Source: Candidatus Saccharicenans sp. (GTDB taxonomy: Bacteria > Acidobacteriota > Aminicenantia > Aminicenantales > Saccharicenantaceae). Taken from it: a stretch of DNA of 64,000 nt. Below the pieces are notes generated by a model, which made no database searches, was not told the origin of the DNA, and saw only the letters and a program-made list of their open reading frames with translations. Below, piece by piece: positions 43,108-53,976 of this stretch. The stretch spans positions 24,288 to 88,287 of the forward strand of contig JARYMJ010000001.1 in the NCBI GenBank assembly GCA_029907135.1. Direction: 5' to 3'. Within the stretch, counting starts at the first letter, position 1. Every line of letters begins with the position of its first letter. Position numbers and translations under genes: made by a program.

Positions 43108-45693
43108 TCATCTCTTGCGAAAAATGATCCGGCCTTCGCGGTCGGCGTCGATTTCTACAGTGTCGCCTTCCTTGGACTCCCCGGCCAGGATTTTCATGGC
43201 CAGCGGGTTCTGCACTTCCCTCTGGATGGTTCTTTTAAGCGGCCGGGCCCCGTAGACCGGGTCAAAGCCGCGTTCGGCCAGCAAATCCCTGGCTCCGGGT
43301 TTCAGCACCAGGTTAATTTTCTGTTCCTGCAGCCGCTTCTTCAACAACTCTATCTGCAGGTCCACGATCTTGAAAATGACCGGTTTGCTCAGCGGCTTAA
43401 AGATGATTATTTCATCCACCCGGTTGAGGAATTCCGGCTTGAAATGATTTTCCAGAATCTTGCGGACTTCCCTTTCCATGGTTTCATAATCATGGCTCAA
43501 TTCTTTTATAATCTGGCTTCCCAGGTTGGAAGTCATGATTATCAGGGTGTTGCGGAAATCGACCGTGGTCCCCTTGCCATCGGTCAGCCGCCCGTCATCC
43601 AGAATCTGGAGCAGGATGTTAAAAACATCGGGATGGGCTTTCTCCACTTCATCCAACAAAATCAGGGAATAGGGCCGTCTCTTGACCGCCTCGGTCAACT
43701 GGCCGCCTTCTTCATAGCCAACGTAACCCGGCGGGGCACCGATCAACCTGGCCACGGTGTGTTTTTCCATATACTCAGACATGTCCAGCCTGACCATGGC
43801 CTTCTCATCGTTGAACAGAAACTCAGCCAAGGCTCGGGCCAACTCGGTCTTGCCCACTCCGGTGGGACCGAGAAACATAAAAGAGCCGATGGGCCGGGTC
43901 GGTTCCTGCAGCCCGGCTCGGGCCCGGCGAATGGTGTCAGCCACGGCTCTGATGGCCTGCTCCTGCCCGATAACTCTCTGGGACAGGATATCCTCCATCT
44001 TCAGCAGTCTTTCCAGGTCGCCTTCGAGCATCTTGGACACCGGGATTCCCGTCCAGCGGCTGACCACTTCGGCCACATCTTCCTCGTCCACTTCTTCCTT
44101 CAGCATCTTGCCCTTCTTCTGCAGTTCACTCAGTTCTGCCGACAGCCTCTGCACCTGCTTATCGATTTCAATCAATCGGCCATAGCGGATTTCGGCCACC
44201 CTCTCCAGGTCGCCCCGCCGTTCAGCATTCTGTTCCTCAATCTTTAAGGCATCGCGCTGTTCTTTCAGCCGGCTAATCTGGTCGATAATATCCTTCTCCC
44301 GTTTCCAGTGGGATTTCAAAAGCTGGCTCTGTTCCTTGAGCTCGGCCAGCTCCTTCTCAATCTTGCCCAGTCTTTCCACCGCGGCCGGGTCTTTTTCCTT
44401 CTTCAGCGCTTGTTTTTCGATCTCCAGCTGGGTGATTTTTCTTTCCAGCTGGTCTATCTCTTCCGGCAGGCTGTCCAGTTGGACCCTGATCCTGGAGGCC
44501 GCTTCATCTATGAGGTCAATGGCCTTATCCGGCAGGAAGCGGTTGCTGATATAACGGTTGCTCAGTACGGCCGCCGCCACCAAGGCCGAATCCTTGATTT
44601 TAACCCCGTGGTGGACCTCGTATTTTTCCTTGAGCCCCCTCAGGATGGAAATGGTTTCTTCCACCGAGGGTTCGCCCACGAAGACCGGCTGGAAACGTCT
44701 TTCCAGGGCCGGGTCCTTTTCGATGTACTTCTTGTATTCGTTGAGGGTGGTGGCCCCGATACATCTCAGCTCACCCCGGGCCAGGGCCGGTTTCAGCATG
44801 TTGGAGGCGTCGACCGCACCTTCGGCCGCTCCCGCTCCAACGATGGTGTGAAGCTCATCGATGAACAGGATGACCTGGCCGGATTCCTTTATTTCTTTGA
44901 GCACCGCCTTCAAGCGATCCTCAAACTCGCCGCGGTACTTGGTCCCGGCCACCAGGGCCCCCATGTCCAGAGCCAGCAGTTGCTTGTCCTTAAGCGACTG
45001 GGGCACATCACCGTTGGCAATCCGGTGGGCCAGCCCCTCGACGATGGCCGTCTTGCCGACGCCCGCTTCCCCGATGAGCACCGGGTTATTCTTGGTTCGG
45101 CGCGACAGCACCTGGACCACCCTTCGGATTTCTTCTTCCCGGCCGATGACCGGGTCCAATTTGCCCTGCCTGGCCAGGGCCGTCAGGTCCCGGGCATATT
45201 TTTCCAGAGCCTGGTACTTGGACTCGGGCTCGGGGTCAGTTATCCTCTGGTTGCCCCGAATATCCATGAGCGCTCGCAGAACGGCTTCCTCCTGTATCCG
45301 GAAGCCCTGGAGCAGGCGACCGATATCCAGATGTTTAAGTCGCAGCATGGCCAGGAACACATGCTCGGTCGACAGGTATTCATCTTTTAATTTCTCGGCT
45401 TCCTTTTCCGCTTCGGTCATAACCTCACGCAGCTGGCCAGAGAGATATATCTCCCCCGTCCCCTGGACCCGGGGCAACCGGGCCAGGACTTTTTCCAGTT
45501 CCCGGCTCAGTTCGGCAGGAGTAACTTCAATTTTTTCCAGCAGGCTGCCGATGATATTACCGTCCTGGTTGAGAAAGCTCCAGAGAAGATGCTCGGGCCT
45601 CAATTCCTGGTGGCCGAGCTCCTGGGCCTTAGACTGGGCCTGCTGGAAAGCTTCCTGCAGCCTGACAGTTAATCTATCCCATCTCATGGTCAA
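43108..45693 (-). CDS. clpB: ATP-dependent chaperone/disaggregase ClpB
   Basis: 861 aa. It has two AAA+ modules ('[15 protein letters not shown]', '[11 protein letters not shown]') and a long middle coiled coil. Confidence 0.97.
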   Translation of the reverse strand: MTMRWDRLTVRLQEAFQQAQSKAQELGHQELRPEHLLWSFLNQDGNIIGSLLEKIEVTPAELSRELEKVLARLPRVQGTGEIYLSGQLREVMTEAEKEAEKLKDEYLSTEHVFLAMLRLKHLDIGRLLQGFRIQEEAVLRALMDIRGNQRITDPEPESKYQALEKYARDLTALARQGKLDPVIGREEEIRRVVQVLSRRTKNNPVLIGEAGVGKTAIVEGLAHRIANGDVPQSLKDKQLLALDMGALVAGTKYRGEFEDRLKAVLKEIKESGQVILFIDELHTIVGAGAAEGAVDASNMLKPALARGELRCIGATTLNEYKKYIEKDPALERRFQPVFVGEPSVEETISILRGLKEKYEVHHGVKIKDSALVAAAVLSNRYISNRFLPDKAIDLIDEAASRIRVQLDSLPEEIDQLERKITQLEIEKQALKKEKDPAAVERLGKIEKELAELKEQSQLLKSHWKREKDIIDQISRLKEQRDALKIEEQNAERRGDLERVAEIRYGRLIEIDKQVQRLSAELSELQKKGKMLKEEVDEEDVAEVVSRWTGIPVSKMLEGDLERLLKMEDILSQRVIGQEQAIRAVADTIRRARAGLQEPTRPIGSFMFLGPTGVGKTELARALAEFLFNDEKAMVRLDMSEYMEKHTVARLIGAPPGYVGYEEGGQLTEAVKRRPYSLILLDEVEKAHPDVFNILLQILDDGRLTDGKGTTVDFRNTLIIMTSNLGSQIIKELSHDYETMEREVRKILENHFKPEFLNRVDEIIIFKPLSKPVIFKIVDLQIELLKKRLQEQKINLVLKPGARDLLAERGFDPVYGARPLKRTIQREVQNPLAMKILAGESKEGDTVEIDADREGRIIFRKR

Positions 45694-45998
45694 CTCCTTT
45701 TCAGTTATTATATCCGCAATGACTGATACTTAAAAACAAACAAGAAAAGTCTGAATCCTGGATGTTCCAGGTCGGCTTGCTTGGTCTATGATATTTTACT
45801 CCCGCCCCCGGCTTTCGCCAAGAGTTTCCATAGGGCTGGCCAGGAGCCGGACCGGCCTGGTTCTTGAAGCCTCCAGGTCGACTTCTCATCTATCCATAAA
45901 CCAGGAATATTCACACTCTGACCCGGCCATTTTCTTTTTTGGCAATTAGTCCTTGACAAGGAATAAAAAATAAATATTTTTTCAGTCAGGAGTGTGTG

Positions 45999-46322
45999 AT
46001 GGAAGAAATCGAAATTTCCAGCTGGGCCACGCTCGATGCCCTGAAAAAGGCCGCCGATATAATTGACACGGTGGGCGACTTGCATGAATCGCACCAGGTG
46101 TCAATCTTCTGCGTGATCGAAGACGACTACCTCGAACTCTGCTACACCGATTCCTCCATCAATTACCTGAGGCGCTTTGAGGATGACGAGGAATTTGAAG
46201 AAGCCATCGAAGAAAGGAAAGAAGAAATCGAAGAAGGCCTGTATGCCGGTCAGGATTACGAAGACCAAGAGGATGATATAGAAGACGAGTTCGATTTCAA
46301 AGATGAACCGGAAGAGTATTAA
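45999..46322 (+). CDS. Hyper-acidic small protein of unknown function
   Basis: 107 aa from the ATG at 45999, which has AGGAG 7-11 nt upstream. By my count about 27 of the last 47 residues are D or E. I recognise no family. Its stop overlaps the mutS stop by 4 nt (convergent). Confidence 0.5.
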   Translation: MEEIEISSWATLDALKKAADIIDTVGDLHESHQVSIFCVIEDDYLELCYTDSSINYLRRFEDDEEFEEAIEERKEEIEEGLYAGQDYEDQEDDIEDEFDFKDEPEEY

Positions 46323-48955
46323 CCCTCTTCCAGTTTTTTAATCTCCTCCCTGAGCTCGGCGATAATCTGCAAAGCTTGGAGCGGGGTCAGTTTTTCAGGC
46401 TCCAGAGATTTTATTTTTTCTTTGATTTCTTCCAGCCCAACCCTTTCCCTGTCTTCCGGGAATAGCAGGAGCTGTGATTTGTTCTGCTGGTTGAGGTGAT
46501 AGGCCAGCCGCGGCCGGCCCTCTTCATCCAGTTCCTGCCTTTCCAGGTTGAACAGGATTTCCCTGGCCCGCTTGATTATCTCTTCCGGCAATCCGGCTAG
46601 CCGGGCCACCTGGAGGCCATAGCTGCGGTCGGAAGGACCGGGTTTGATCTTGCGGAGAAAGATGACCGTATCCTGCCATTCTTTGACCGCCAGGTGAAAG
46701 TTCTTGATGCGGGAAAAGGTCAGGGCCAGCTCGGTCAGCTCGTGGTAATGGGTGGCGAACAAAGTCCTGGGTCTGATGGTTTCCAGTTGATGGAGGTGCT
46801 CAGCCACAGCCCAGGCGATGCTCAGGCCGTCAAAGGTGCTGGTACCCCGCCCGACTTCGTCCAGCAGAATCAGGCTGCAGTCGGTGGCGTTGTTCAGGAT
46901 GTTGGCCGTTTCCACCATCTCCACCATGAAGGTGGACTGGCCGGCCGTCAGATAATCCATGGCCCCGACCCTGGTAAAAATCCGGTCCACCAGCCCAATC
47001 CTGGCCTGCCGGGCCGGGACGAAGGAACCCATCTGAGCCAGCAGGCAGATCAAGGCCACCTGCCTGAGGTAGGTGGACTTGCCCCCCATATTGGGCCCGG
47101 TGATTATCAGGATCTGGTTTTCATTCCGGTCAAGGTAGGTATCGTTGGGAATAAAGGGCTCGCTCTGCACCACTTCTATCACCGGATGCCGCCCGTCGGA
47201 GATGGCCAGGATATCGCTCTCTTCCACCTCCGGCCGGGTATAATTCCTCTGGTGGGCCAGCTCGGCCAGGGATAGGAGCACGTCCAGCCGGGCCAGGTTC
47301 TGGGCCATCTGTTGCAGGCGGGAAACCTGCTGGTTGACTTCCTCCCGCACCTGCAGGAAAAGTTCGTATTCCAGCTCGTTGCTCCGGGCTTCGGCCCCGA
47401 GCACCCGTTCTTCATATTCTTTCAATTCCGGGGTGATGAACCTCTCGCTGTTGACCAGGGTTTGCTTGCGCTGGTAATCCTCCGGCACCAGAGACAGGTT
47501 GGGCTTGGTGACCTCAATGTAGTAGCCAAAGACCTTGTTGTACCTGACCTTGAGGGAGGAGATGCCGGTTCTCTCCCTCTCCCTCTTTTCCATCTGGGCG
47601 ATAAAAGTCTTGCCGGAATGGCTGATTTTCCTCAGTTCATCCAGCTCCCGGTGGAAACCTTCCTTGATCAGGCCGCCTTCTTGGAGGAGAGCGGCCGGTT
47701 CATCCTGGATGGCCCGGTCGATCAACCCGGCCACATCCTGCAGATTGTCCCAGGAAGACTTGATCTGCCCGAAAAGTTCAGCCTGGAAATTCTGGAGCTG
47801 GCTTTCGATTTCGGGCAGAGGCCACAGAGATTTTTTCAGGGCCACCAGGTCCCGGGGACTGGCCGCCGCCAGCGAAACCCTGGTAGTCAGTTTTTCCAGG
47901 TCGAGAATCTGGCTCAGCTGCTTCCTGATTTCCTGCCTGATAATGGGCTTCTTTATGGCTTCCCCAACAGCCTCCTGCCGTCGCCTGATTTCCTGACAGT
48001 CCAGCAGCGGGTGCAGTAACCAGTTCTTGAGCAGCCGGGCCCCGGGAGCGGTCAGGGTAAAATCAATCACCCCGAGGAGGGAGCCGGCCACTTGCCCGGT
48101 CCTTAAGTTCTTGACCAGTTCCAGGTTGCGCACGGCGATGGCATCCAGGACCATGGTCTGGCCCGAAGTCTGAAATGACATCTTCCTGATATAGCCAGCC
48201 GTTTCCCGTCTGTTCTTCTTAAGGTAATAAAGAAGGGCCCCAGCAGCCGCCACCGCCAGCGGACGCCCCTGCAGGCCGAAACCTTCGAGAGAGGCCACGC
48301 CGAAATGCTCCAGGAGCAGACTGGAAGCCTGGGAGTAATCAAAAGACCAGGGCTCAACCTGGCTGAGAGCCAGCTCGGCCAGGTCGGTTGAGGCCAGCAG
48401 GTCTTTTATGACCGCTTCCTGTCCCTGGGGACAGATAATCTCTTTCGGTCCGAGGCGGAATATTTCATCCAGCAAAGCCTTGCGGCTGGTTTCCTCTCCC
48501 TCCAGGGCTATTATCTTGCCAGAGAGAAGGTCGGTGCTGGCCGCACCCCAGCGGCCGTCGGCCAGGATCAGGCTCAGAACCCCAAAGCTTTCGGCCCGGT
48601 CTTCAGCCTCAATTTCCACGGCCGTTCCGGGAGTGAGCACCTTGATAACTTCTCGCCTGACGACACCCCTGGCCTGTTTTGGGTCCTCCACCTGCTCACA
48701 AATGGCCACCTTATACCCGGCTTTAAGCAATCGAGCCAGATAAGAATTAACCGAGTGATAAGGCACGCCGCACATCGGAACGTTCTGGCGGGAGGTCAGG
48801 GCAATACCCAGCAGGGACGAGCCCAGGTTAGCATCCTCAAAAAACATTTCATAAAAATCCCCCAGCCGGAAGAAAAGCAGGCAATCCCGGTGCTGGGATT
48901 TAATCCGGTGATACTGCTCCATCATCGGGGTTAGGCTATCGTCTTTTTTGTTCAT
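46319..48955 (-). CDS. mutS: DNA mismatch repair protein MutS
   Basis: 878 aa. It has 'TPMMEQY..IK......LLFFRLGDFYEMFFEDA', 'GPNMGGKSTYLRQ' and 'DEVGRGTSTFDGL'. Confidence 0.97.
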   Translation of the reverse strand: MNKKDDSLTPMMEQYHRIKSQHRDCLLFFRLGDFYEMFFEDANLGSSLLGIALTSRQNVPMCGVPYHSVNSYLARLLKAGYKVAICEQVEDPKQARGVVRREVIKVLTPGTAVEIEAEDRAESFGVLSLILADGRWGAASTDLLSGKIIALEGEETSRKALLDEIFRLGPKEIICPQGQEAVIKDLLASTDLAELALSQVEPWSFDYSQASSLLLEHFGVASLEGFGLQGRPLAVAAAGALLYYLKKNRRETAGYIRKMSFQTSGQTMVLDAIAVRNLELVKNLRTGQVAGSLLGVIDFTLTAPGARLLKNWLLHPLLDCQEIRRRQEAVGEAIKKPIIRQEIRKQLSQILDLEKLTTRVSLAAASPRDLVALKKSLWPLPEIESQLQNFQAELFGQIKSSWDNLQDVAGLIDRAIQDEPAALLQEGGLIKEGFHRELDELRKISHSGKTFIAQMEKRERERTGISSLKVRYNKVFGYYIEVTKPNLSLVPEDYQRKQTLVNSERFITPELKEYEERVLGAEARSNELEYELFLQVREEVNQQVSRLQQMAQNLARLDVLLSLAELAHQRNYTRPEVEESDILAISDGRHPVIEVVQSEPFIPNDTYLDRNENQILIITGPNMGGKSTYLRQVALICLLAQMGSFVPARQARIGLVDRIFTRVGAMDYLTAGQSTFMVEMVETANILNNATDCSLILLDEVGRGTSTFDGLSIAWAVAEHLHQLETIRPRTLFATHYHELTELALTFSRIKNFHLAVKEWQDTVIFLRKIKPGPSDRSYGLQVARLAGLPEEIIKRAREILFNLERQELDEEGRPRLAYHLNQQNKSQLLLFPEDRERVGLEEIKEKIKSLEPEKLTPLQALQIIAELREEIKKLEEG

Positions 48956-49099
48956 GGAACCGGCCTGGTAACCTATAAACTATATTATATCCAGTCTTTG
49001 ATTTGCAACCGCTCCCGGCCTCTTTTTCCGTTTGATTTGACAATCCAGGCGATAAGTTTTAGTATTAAAAACTGATAATTTTCTGGAACTAACAATCAT

Positions 49100-49648
49100 A
49101 TGAATGCACCGACTATCCTGACGATAATTAGAATGCTGGCCATCCCGGGGCTGGTGGTGGTCATGCTCACTCCGTTCCCCGGTCACGAAGTGGTGGCCTT
49201 TTCCGTGTTCGTCCTGGCCTGCTTGACCGATATGCTGGACGGCTTCTGGGCTAGGAGGAAAAAACAGGAAACGGTCCTGGGGTCCCTGCTTGACCCCCTG
49301 GCCGACAAGTTGCTCATCGCTTCAGCTCTCATCTGCCTGGTAGAAGGCGGAGTGGTGGCGGCCTGGATGGCCATCATCATAATAGGCCGGGAGTTGGCTG
49401 TAACCGGTTTCCGGGCCATTGCCTCCTCCCGCGGCTTTCACATTCCCGCTTCCGGCTGGGGCAAGCTCAAGATGATTTTCGAAACGGTGATCGTGGCCAT
49501 CCTGATTCTCGGACAAACACACTTGGGCTGGCTCTATCGCTTGGCCCATGATTATGGCTTATGGCTGGTGGTGATCATTGCCCTGGCTTCGGCCCTGGAA
49601 TATTTCTTCCGCTTCGGGCCCCAGGTACTGAAAGAAACCTCAGCTTGA
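49100..49648 (+). CDS. pgsA: CDP-diacylglycerol--glycerol-3-phosphate 3-phosphatidyltransferase
   Basis: It shows 'NAPTILTIIRM', 'DMLDGFWARR' and 'LDPLADKLL', the CDP-alcohol phosphatidyltransferase motif D-G-x2-A-R...D-x3-D. Confidence 0.9.
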   Translation: MNAPTILTIIRMLAIPGLVVVMLTPFPGHEVVAFSVFVLACLTDMLDGFWARRKKQETVLGSLLDPLADKLLIASALICLVEGGVVAAWMAIIIIGRELAVTGFRAIASSRGFHIPASGWGKLKMIFETVIVAILILGQTHLGWLYRLAHDYGLWLVVIIALASALEYFFRFGPQVLKETSA

Positions 49649-50563
49649 AATTGCCTGGCGGCAACTTTCCAGCGAATTCATATCTTCCACGTTTAAAAGA
49701 GTCGGGGCCTCGGCCCACTGGCGGGATATTCTTTTCAAGATGCCCGTCAGGACTTTGCCCGGGCCCAGTTCCACCGCCTGCCGGACCCCCAGTTCGCTCA
49801 GGCGCTGCATAGCTGGATACCATAAAACCGGGCTGAAAACCTGGCGGTAGAGTAGTTCCTTGGCCTCGGTCCCAGAAAGCATTTCCCGGGCGGTAACGTT
49901 AGAAATTATGGGAAAGGCCGGGTCGCGAAAATTAATCTTTTCCAGGTCGGCCCTGAGTTTTTCGGCCGCCGGCTTCATCAGGCTGGTGTGGAAGGGGCCG
50001 CTAACCTGGAGCGGTACCGAGCGCGGTGCTTTCAAAATAGCCAGAGCTTCTTCCAGGGCCTCTTTTTCTCCGGCAATGACAATCTGGTCCTCGGCGTTCC
50101 AGTTAGCCACCTGGACTAAGCCGGAGCTGATGGCCTTCAAACCCGTCTCCACTTTTTGATAATCGAGGCCTAAGACCGCAGCCATCGTTCCCCGCCCCGG
50201 GGGCACGGCTTCCATCATGTAGCGGCCGCGGTTGTGGACCAGTTTCACCGCATCGGTAAAATCAAGACTCCCAGCCGCCACCAGGGCCGAGTATTCTCCC
50301 AGGCTGTGGCCGGCCGCCAGGTCAGGTTTAATTCGAAGCAAACGGAAGGCGATATAACTGACTGTAAGCAGGGCCGGTTGAGCCCGGCTAGTCAGGCGCA
50401 GCTCTTCTTCTGGACCTTCCAGACACAGGCGGGAAAGGCTGAAACCCAGAGCTTCGTCGGCCAAGCTGAAAATTTCTCTGGCTTCCTGGCTCCTTTCATA
50501 AAAATCCCGGCCCATCCCCACGGCCTGGGATCCCTGGCCTGGAAAAAGGAAAATTCTGGACAT
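49640..50563 (-). CDS. fabD: Malonyl-CoA-ACP transacylase
   Basis: I chose the ATG at 50563 ('MSRIFLFPGQGSQ'). It has 'GHSLGEYSALVAAG' and 'VSGPFHTSLM'. Confidence 0.93.
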   Translation of the reverse strand: MSRIFLFPGQGSQAVGMGRDFYERSQEAREIFSLADEALGFSLSRLCLEGPEEELRLTSRAQPALLTVSYIAFRLLRIKPDLAAGHSLGEYSALVAAGSLDFTDAVKLVHNRGRYMMEAVPPGRGTMAAVLGLDYQKVETGLKAISSGLVQVANWNAEDQIVIAGEKEALEEALAILKAPRSVPLQVSGPFHTSLMKPAAEKLRADLEKINFRDPAFPIISNVTAREMLSGTEAKELLYRQVFSPVLWYPAMQRLSELGVRQAVELGPGKVLTGILKRISRQWAEAPTLLNVEDMNSLESCRQAISS

Positions 50564-50574
50564 GGCTTCTCCTC

Positions 50575-51252
50575 TCATCTAATCTTCTTCAGGCATTCGG
50601 GAAAAATGGCGATTTCCGCTCGCTGCCTGAGTTCATGGGTCCATTCTTTAACCCGCTGCTCCCGCAGCCTGGTCTGAAGTCTGGCTTCAATTTCATCCAG
50701 AACCGTTACCAGTTCAGCCGGAGTCCGGCCAGCAGCTTTCTGTTCGGGCAGGTAAACCTTCTGGTAATAATCCTCTATTTCCTTGAGGGAAACATAGAGT
50801 CTCTGGTTGAACCTGGTGCCGATGACCTTCTCAAATAGAATCTTGTCTTGAAGGTAGCCGGTCAGGTCTTCCGGCTTCAGGCCGAGGGCCCGGCACCGGC
50901 TGTCAAACACCTCTTCACCCAGCCCCTGCCTCAGGCGCTCCAGTTCAGCTCTGACTTCCTCCTGGGTTACCTGGAGTTGCTCCCGGGTCAATCTCAGGAC
51001 CAGCAGAACATCAATATACTTTTCCAGTCTGTCTTCTGCCGCCAGGGAGTCGTTGTTGGCTCCGGGTAACAGGTTAAAAGCTTTCACGACTTCCAGGTCA
51101 AACCAGGTTACCGGGATGTTATCCACACTGGCCACCAGGCAATTGAGCAATTCCTGCCCGCGGCCCTGAGCCATAACCATGAATAACAGCCAGACCAGCA
51201 GAGCGGCCTTCCAGGCGCCAGAAAATTTTTGCCGGATAATTTTATTAAACAT
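50575..51252 (-). CDS. SurA-N-terminal-domain-like periplasmic chaperone (no PPIase domain)
   Basis: 225 aa with a signal peptide. 'IVASVDNIPVTWFDLE' fits the SurA_N pattern and the protein is helical. It lies directly downstream of bamA. Confidence 0.6.
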   Translation of the reverse strand: MFNKIIRQKFSGAWKAALLVWLLFMVMAQGRGQELLNCLVASVDNIPVTWFDLEVVKAFNLLPGANNDSLAAEDRLEKYIDVLLVLRLTREQLQVTQEEVRAELERLRQGLGEEVFDSRCRALGLKPEDLTGYLQDKILFEKVIGTRFNQRLYVSLKEIEDYYQKVYLPEQKAAGRTPAELVTVLDEIEARLQTRLREQRVKEWTHELRQRAEIAIFPECLKKIR

Positions 51253-51261
51253 CGAGTCAAC

Positions 51262-53976
51262 CTAAAACATATTCCCTATCGTCAGGAAGAAACCGGGTTT
51301 CCATTTGTTGCCGGGAGGATCTAAGTTCCAGCCGACATCAAACCTGATCGGACCAAGAGGGGTCCGGTAACGCAAACCAAACCCGGCCGCCTGGCTCAGC
51401 TTGAGAAAATTAAAATCCCGGATCTCTGGGAAGACCTGGCCGACGTCGTAAAAAATCGCCCCGTAGAGGTTGGGCAGTTTCTTCAACAGCAGAAACCGGA
51501 CTTCCATGTTCAGCAGAAAAATGGACCGGCCGCCTACCGGCAGGCCAGATTCCGGGTCTTTCGGTCCGAGCATTTCAAAGGCCTCGCCCCGGAAGGAATT
51601 GCTGCCACCGGCAAAAAACCTTTCCGGGATGGGAACGGTGCCCGAGGCCAGGCCAAACCGGAGAGTGGTGTTAAAATTAATACCGGTAGTCAGCGGGTAG
51701 AAATACAGGAATTTGGCAAACAGCTTCAGGAAATTGGATTCGGTCTCGAGCAGGGGGTAGGCTCTTTCCAGGGCCAGGCTGAAGAAATAGCCGCTGGAGG
51801 GATTGAAGGTGTCATTCCGCCGGTCCTGGATAAAAGTGGCGGAACCATAGGCAATGGAATAGGGCAAACGTTCCCTCTCCACTTCCGATTCCGCAATCTG
51901 CAGGTTGGTCAGCTTGGTTCTCAAGGCTCCCGCTGCCAGCAACAGGGAAAAACCGGCCGGCAGATTTCTCATGGTCGACAGGGTCAGGCCCCGTCTTTCA
52001 TAACTAAAGCTGGTCCGGTCTTCTTTCTCCAGATAGCCGCTGAAGTAGGTTCTCATTCTTAGCCCGAGGAAATGCGGTTGCTGCCAGGTGGCCACCAGCC
52101 TTTTCTCCACCAGGCTGAGCTGGCCCACCAGGCTTAACTGCGAGGCATTGCCCAGCAGGTTATGCCTTATGTATTCAGCCGTTATTCTTGGCCTGAGCTC
52201 GTTTTCCCACAGGGCCAGTGATCGGGCTTCCTCCCTGGTTTCAATCCCCAGGCCCAGCCCGGCAAAATTCTGTTCCCCTTCCCTGACCTGAACCGACAGG
52301 TTCATGGAATTGTCCGCGGCCGGGATTTCTTCCAGTTTAATTTCTGAAAACACCCCCAGGCTATCCAGCCCCCGCCTGGTCTCCAGCAAGCGGTTATATT
52401 CAGCCCAGTCTCCGGGGCGCAGCCGGACTTCCCGCAGGATGACATTCTTGTGGGTCAGGTGGTTTCCAGTAATGAAAATATTGCTTATTTGGAAACGCCG
52501 GCCTTCGTTCACCCTGATCACCACGTCCATATTATTTTCCCGGTCGGGAGTGGCCTCGACCTCCAGCTGGTTTCCCCTGAATCCTCGGTTGAGGTAAAGC
52601 TGGTTTATCTTTTCCAGGTCCCTCTGCATCCGCAGCTTGTAATAAGGCTGGCCGGGACGGGTATCCAGCAAACGAAACATCTCCTCCACCGGCAGGGCGG
52701 CCGCCCCCTGGATCTCCAGACTCCGAACCATCCACCTGGGACCTTCTTCGATAAAATAAACCGGCCGGACTGAATTATCCTTGCGGCTGAAATTAAGGGT
52801 GACCCGGGTCTGAGGAAAACCCTGTTCGGCATAGAATAACCTGATTTTCTCGGTCAGGTCGAAGACCTCCTGCCCATCGAGGTAGGGAAAGAACAGGAAT
52901 TTCTCCCCTATTCCCAGGCTCTTCTTGATTTCCTTCTGGCTGAAGGTTTGATTGCCCCGGAATTCAATCTCTTTTATCTCCAGCCTGAGTCCCTGGTGAA
53001 CTTCGTAAATTACCAGGAGTTCATTTCCTTCAGGCTTGAGGCGCGGCCGGACTGTGGCCAGCAGGTAACCCCGCTTCCTCAACTGCTTCAGGAGCAGGGC
53101 CTCTCCTTCCGACAGAGCCCACTCTTCAAAAACTTTCTGTTCCCAGACCGGCTGAACTATTTTGGGAGAAAGGTTGGTGCCGAGCAGCCGGATGGAAATC
53201 TTGGCCGACGGGTTTAGGCTAATGACCAGGTCGACCACTCCCTTCTGCTGGTCCACCTCTTCTCGGGCCAGTTTAACTTCAGCCCAGTTATATCCGAGCT
53301 TGTTATAGGCGCGCCTGATGCGGGCCAGGGCTGCTTCCAGCTTCCTCGGCACGTAATAATCGCCGCTCTTCAGCCCGAGCAACCCCCGCAATTTATCTTC
53401 GGCAATTACTCCCTGGCCTTCGAAAATAATTTTGCGGATGGTCAGGCGTCTCCAGCCCGGGAGCCGGACCGAGATGTCAGCCAGGTTGGCTCCTGTTATC
53501 TTCTTGATATCAATCTCAATCTGGGGAGAGAACAAACCTTCATCGACCAGGATTTTTTCGATGTCAAGCTCGGCTTTTTCTCGGAGATTTTCCGATAGAA
53601 TTCCGCCCTTCTTTATGTAGACCAGTTCCCTGCTTATTCTTTTCCTGAGGGGCCGGGGCCCGGCGATTCGGATATTCCTGATAAAAATATTCCTGGTGAG
53701 GACGAAGGTCAGTTCGTCGGCCGGGGGCCCGCTGTAATAAACCTCGGCCCGGGAGAATAAGCCGGTCCGCATCAATTGCTTGAGATTCTGGTCAATTTGA
53801 TAATCAGAGTAGGACTGCCCCGGCTTCAGGTTCAACAGGCTGGCCACCGTCGGCTCGGCTTCCTGGCCATCAACCAGGATAGTTATTCTTTCTATTGGAC
53901 GGCTGTTTTCGGCTGGATGAAGCAAAACAGCTGTGAGCAACAGAGTGATTAACAACAGCCAGCCCCTGGCTTTCAC
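51262..53976 (-). CDS. bamA: Outer membrane protein assembly factor BamA (Omp85)
   Basis: 904 aa with a signal peptide. It has repeated POTRA-like units ('I..I.F.GN......I'). The C-terminal barrel has 'FFAGGSNSFRG', 'GFGLRYRTPLGPIRFDVGW' and a terminal F. Confidence 0.9.
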   Translation of the reverse strand: MKARGWLLLITLLLTAVLLHPAENSRPIERITILVDGQEAEPTVASLLNLKPGQSYSDYQIDQNLKQLMRTGLFSRAEVYYSGPPADELTFVLTRNIFIRNIRIAGPRPLRKRISRELVYIKKGGILSENLREKAELDIEKILVDEGLFSPQIEIDIKKITGANLADISVRLPGWRRLTIRKIIFEGQGVIAEDKLRGLLGLKSGDYYVPRKLEAALARIRRAYNKLGYNWAEVKLAREEVDQQKGVVDLVISLNPSAKISIRLLGTNLSPKIVQPVWEQKVFEEWALSEGEALLLKQLRKRGYLLATVRPRLKPEGNELLVIYEVHQGLRLEIKEIEFRGNQTFSQKEIKKSLGIGEKFLFFPYLDGQEVFDLTEKIRLFYAEQGFPQTRVTLNFSRKDNSVRPVYFIEEGPRWMVRSLEIQGAAALPVEEMFRLLDTRPGQPYYKLRMQRDLEKINQLYLNRGFRGNQLEVEATPDRENNMDVVIRVNEGRRFQISNIFITGNHLTHKNVILREVRLRPGDWAEYNRLLETRRGLDSLGVFSEIKLEEIPAADNSMNLSVQVREGEQNFAGLGLGIETREEARSLALWENELRPRITAEYIRHNLLGNASQLSLVGQLSLVEKRLVATWQQPHFLGLRMRTYFSGYLEKEDRTSFSYERRGLTLSTMRNLPAGFSLLLAAGALRTKLTNLQIAESEVERERLPYSIAYGSATFIQDRRNDTFNPSSGYFFSLALERAYPLLETESNFLKLFAKFLYFYPLTTGINFNTTLRFGLASGTVPIPERFFAGGSNSFRGEAFEMLGPKDPESGLPVGGRSIFLLNMEVRFLLLKKLPNLYGAIFYDVGQVFPEIRDFNFLKLSQAAGFGLRYRTPLGPIRFDVGWNLDPPGNKWKPGFFLTIGNMF

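Noticed and set aside
43444-45733. Several long plus-strand ORFs (267, 360 and 290 aa) overlapping clpB.
   Set aside because: All are antisense to ClpB, whose two AAA+ modules read cleanly on the minus strand. The products are low-complexity (Gln/Leu/Phe/Gly- or Ser-rich) and have no start context. They are shadow ORFs.
45786-46094. A 102-aa minus-strand ORF in the clpB/acidic-protein intergenic region.
   Set aside because: It overlaps the RBS and start of the plus-strand acidic ORF. It has no RBS or recognisable features. The region more plausibly holds the divergent promoters, with a TATAAT for clpB at 45707..45712 on the minus strand and TTGACA at ~45953 on the plus strand.
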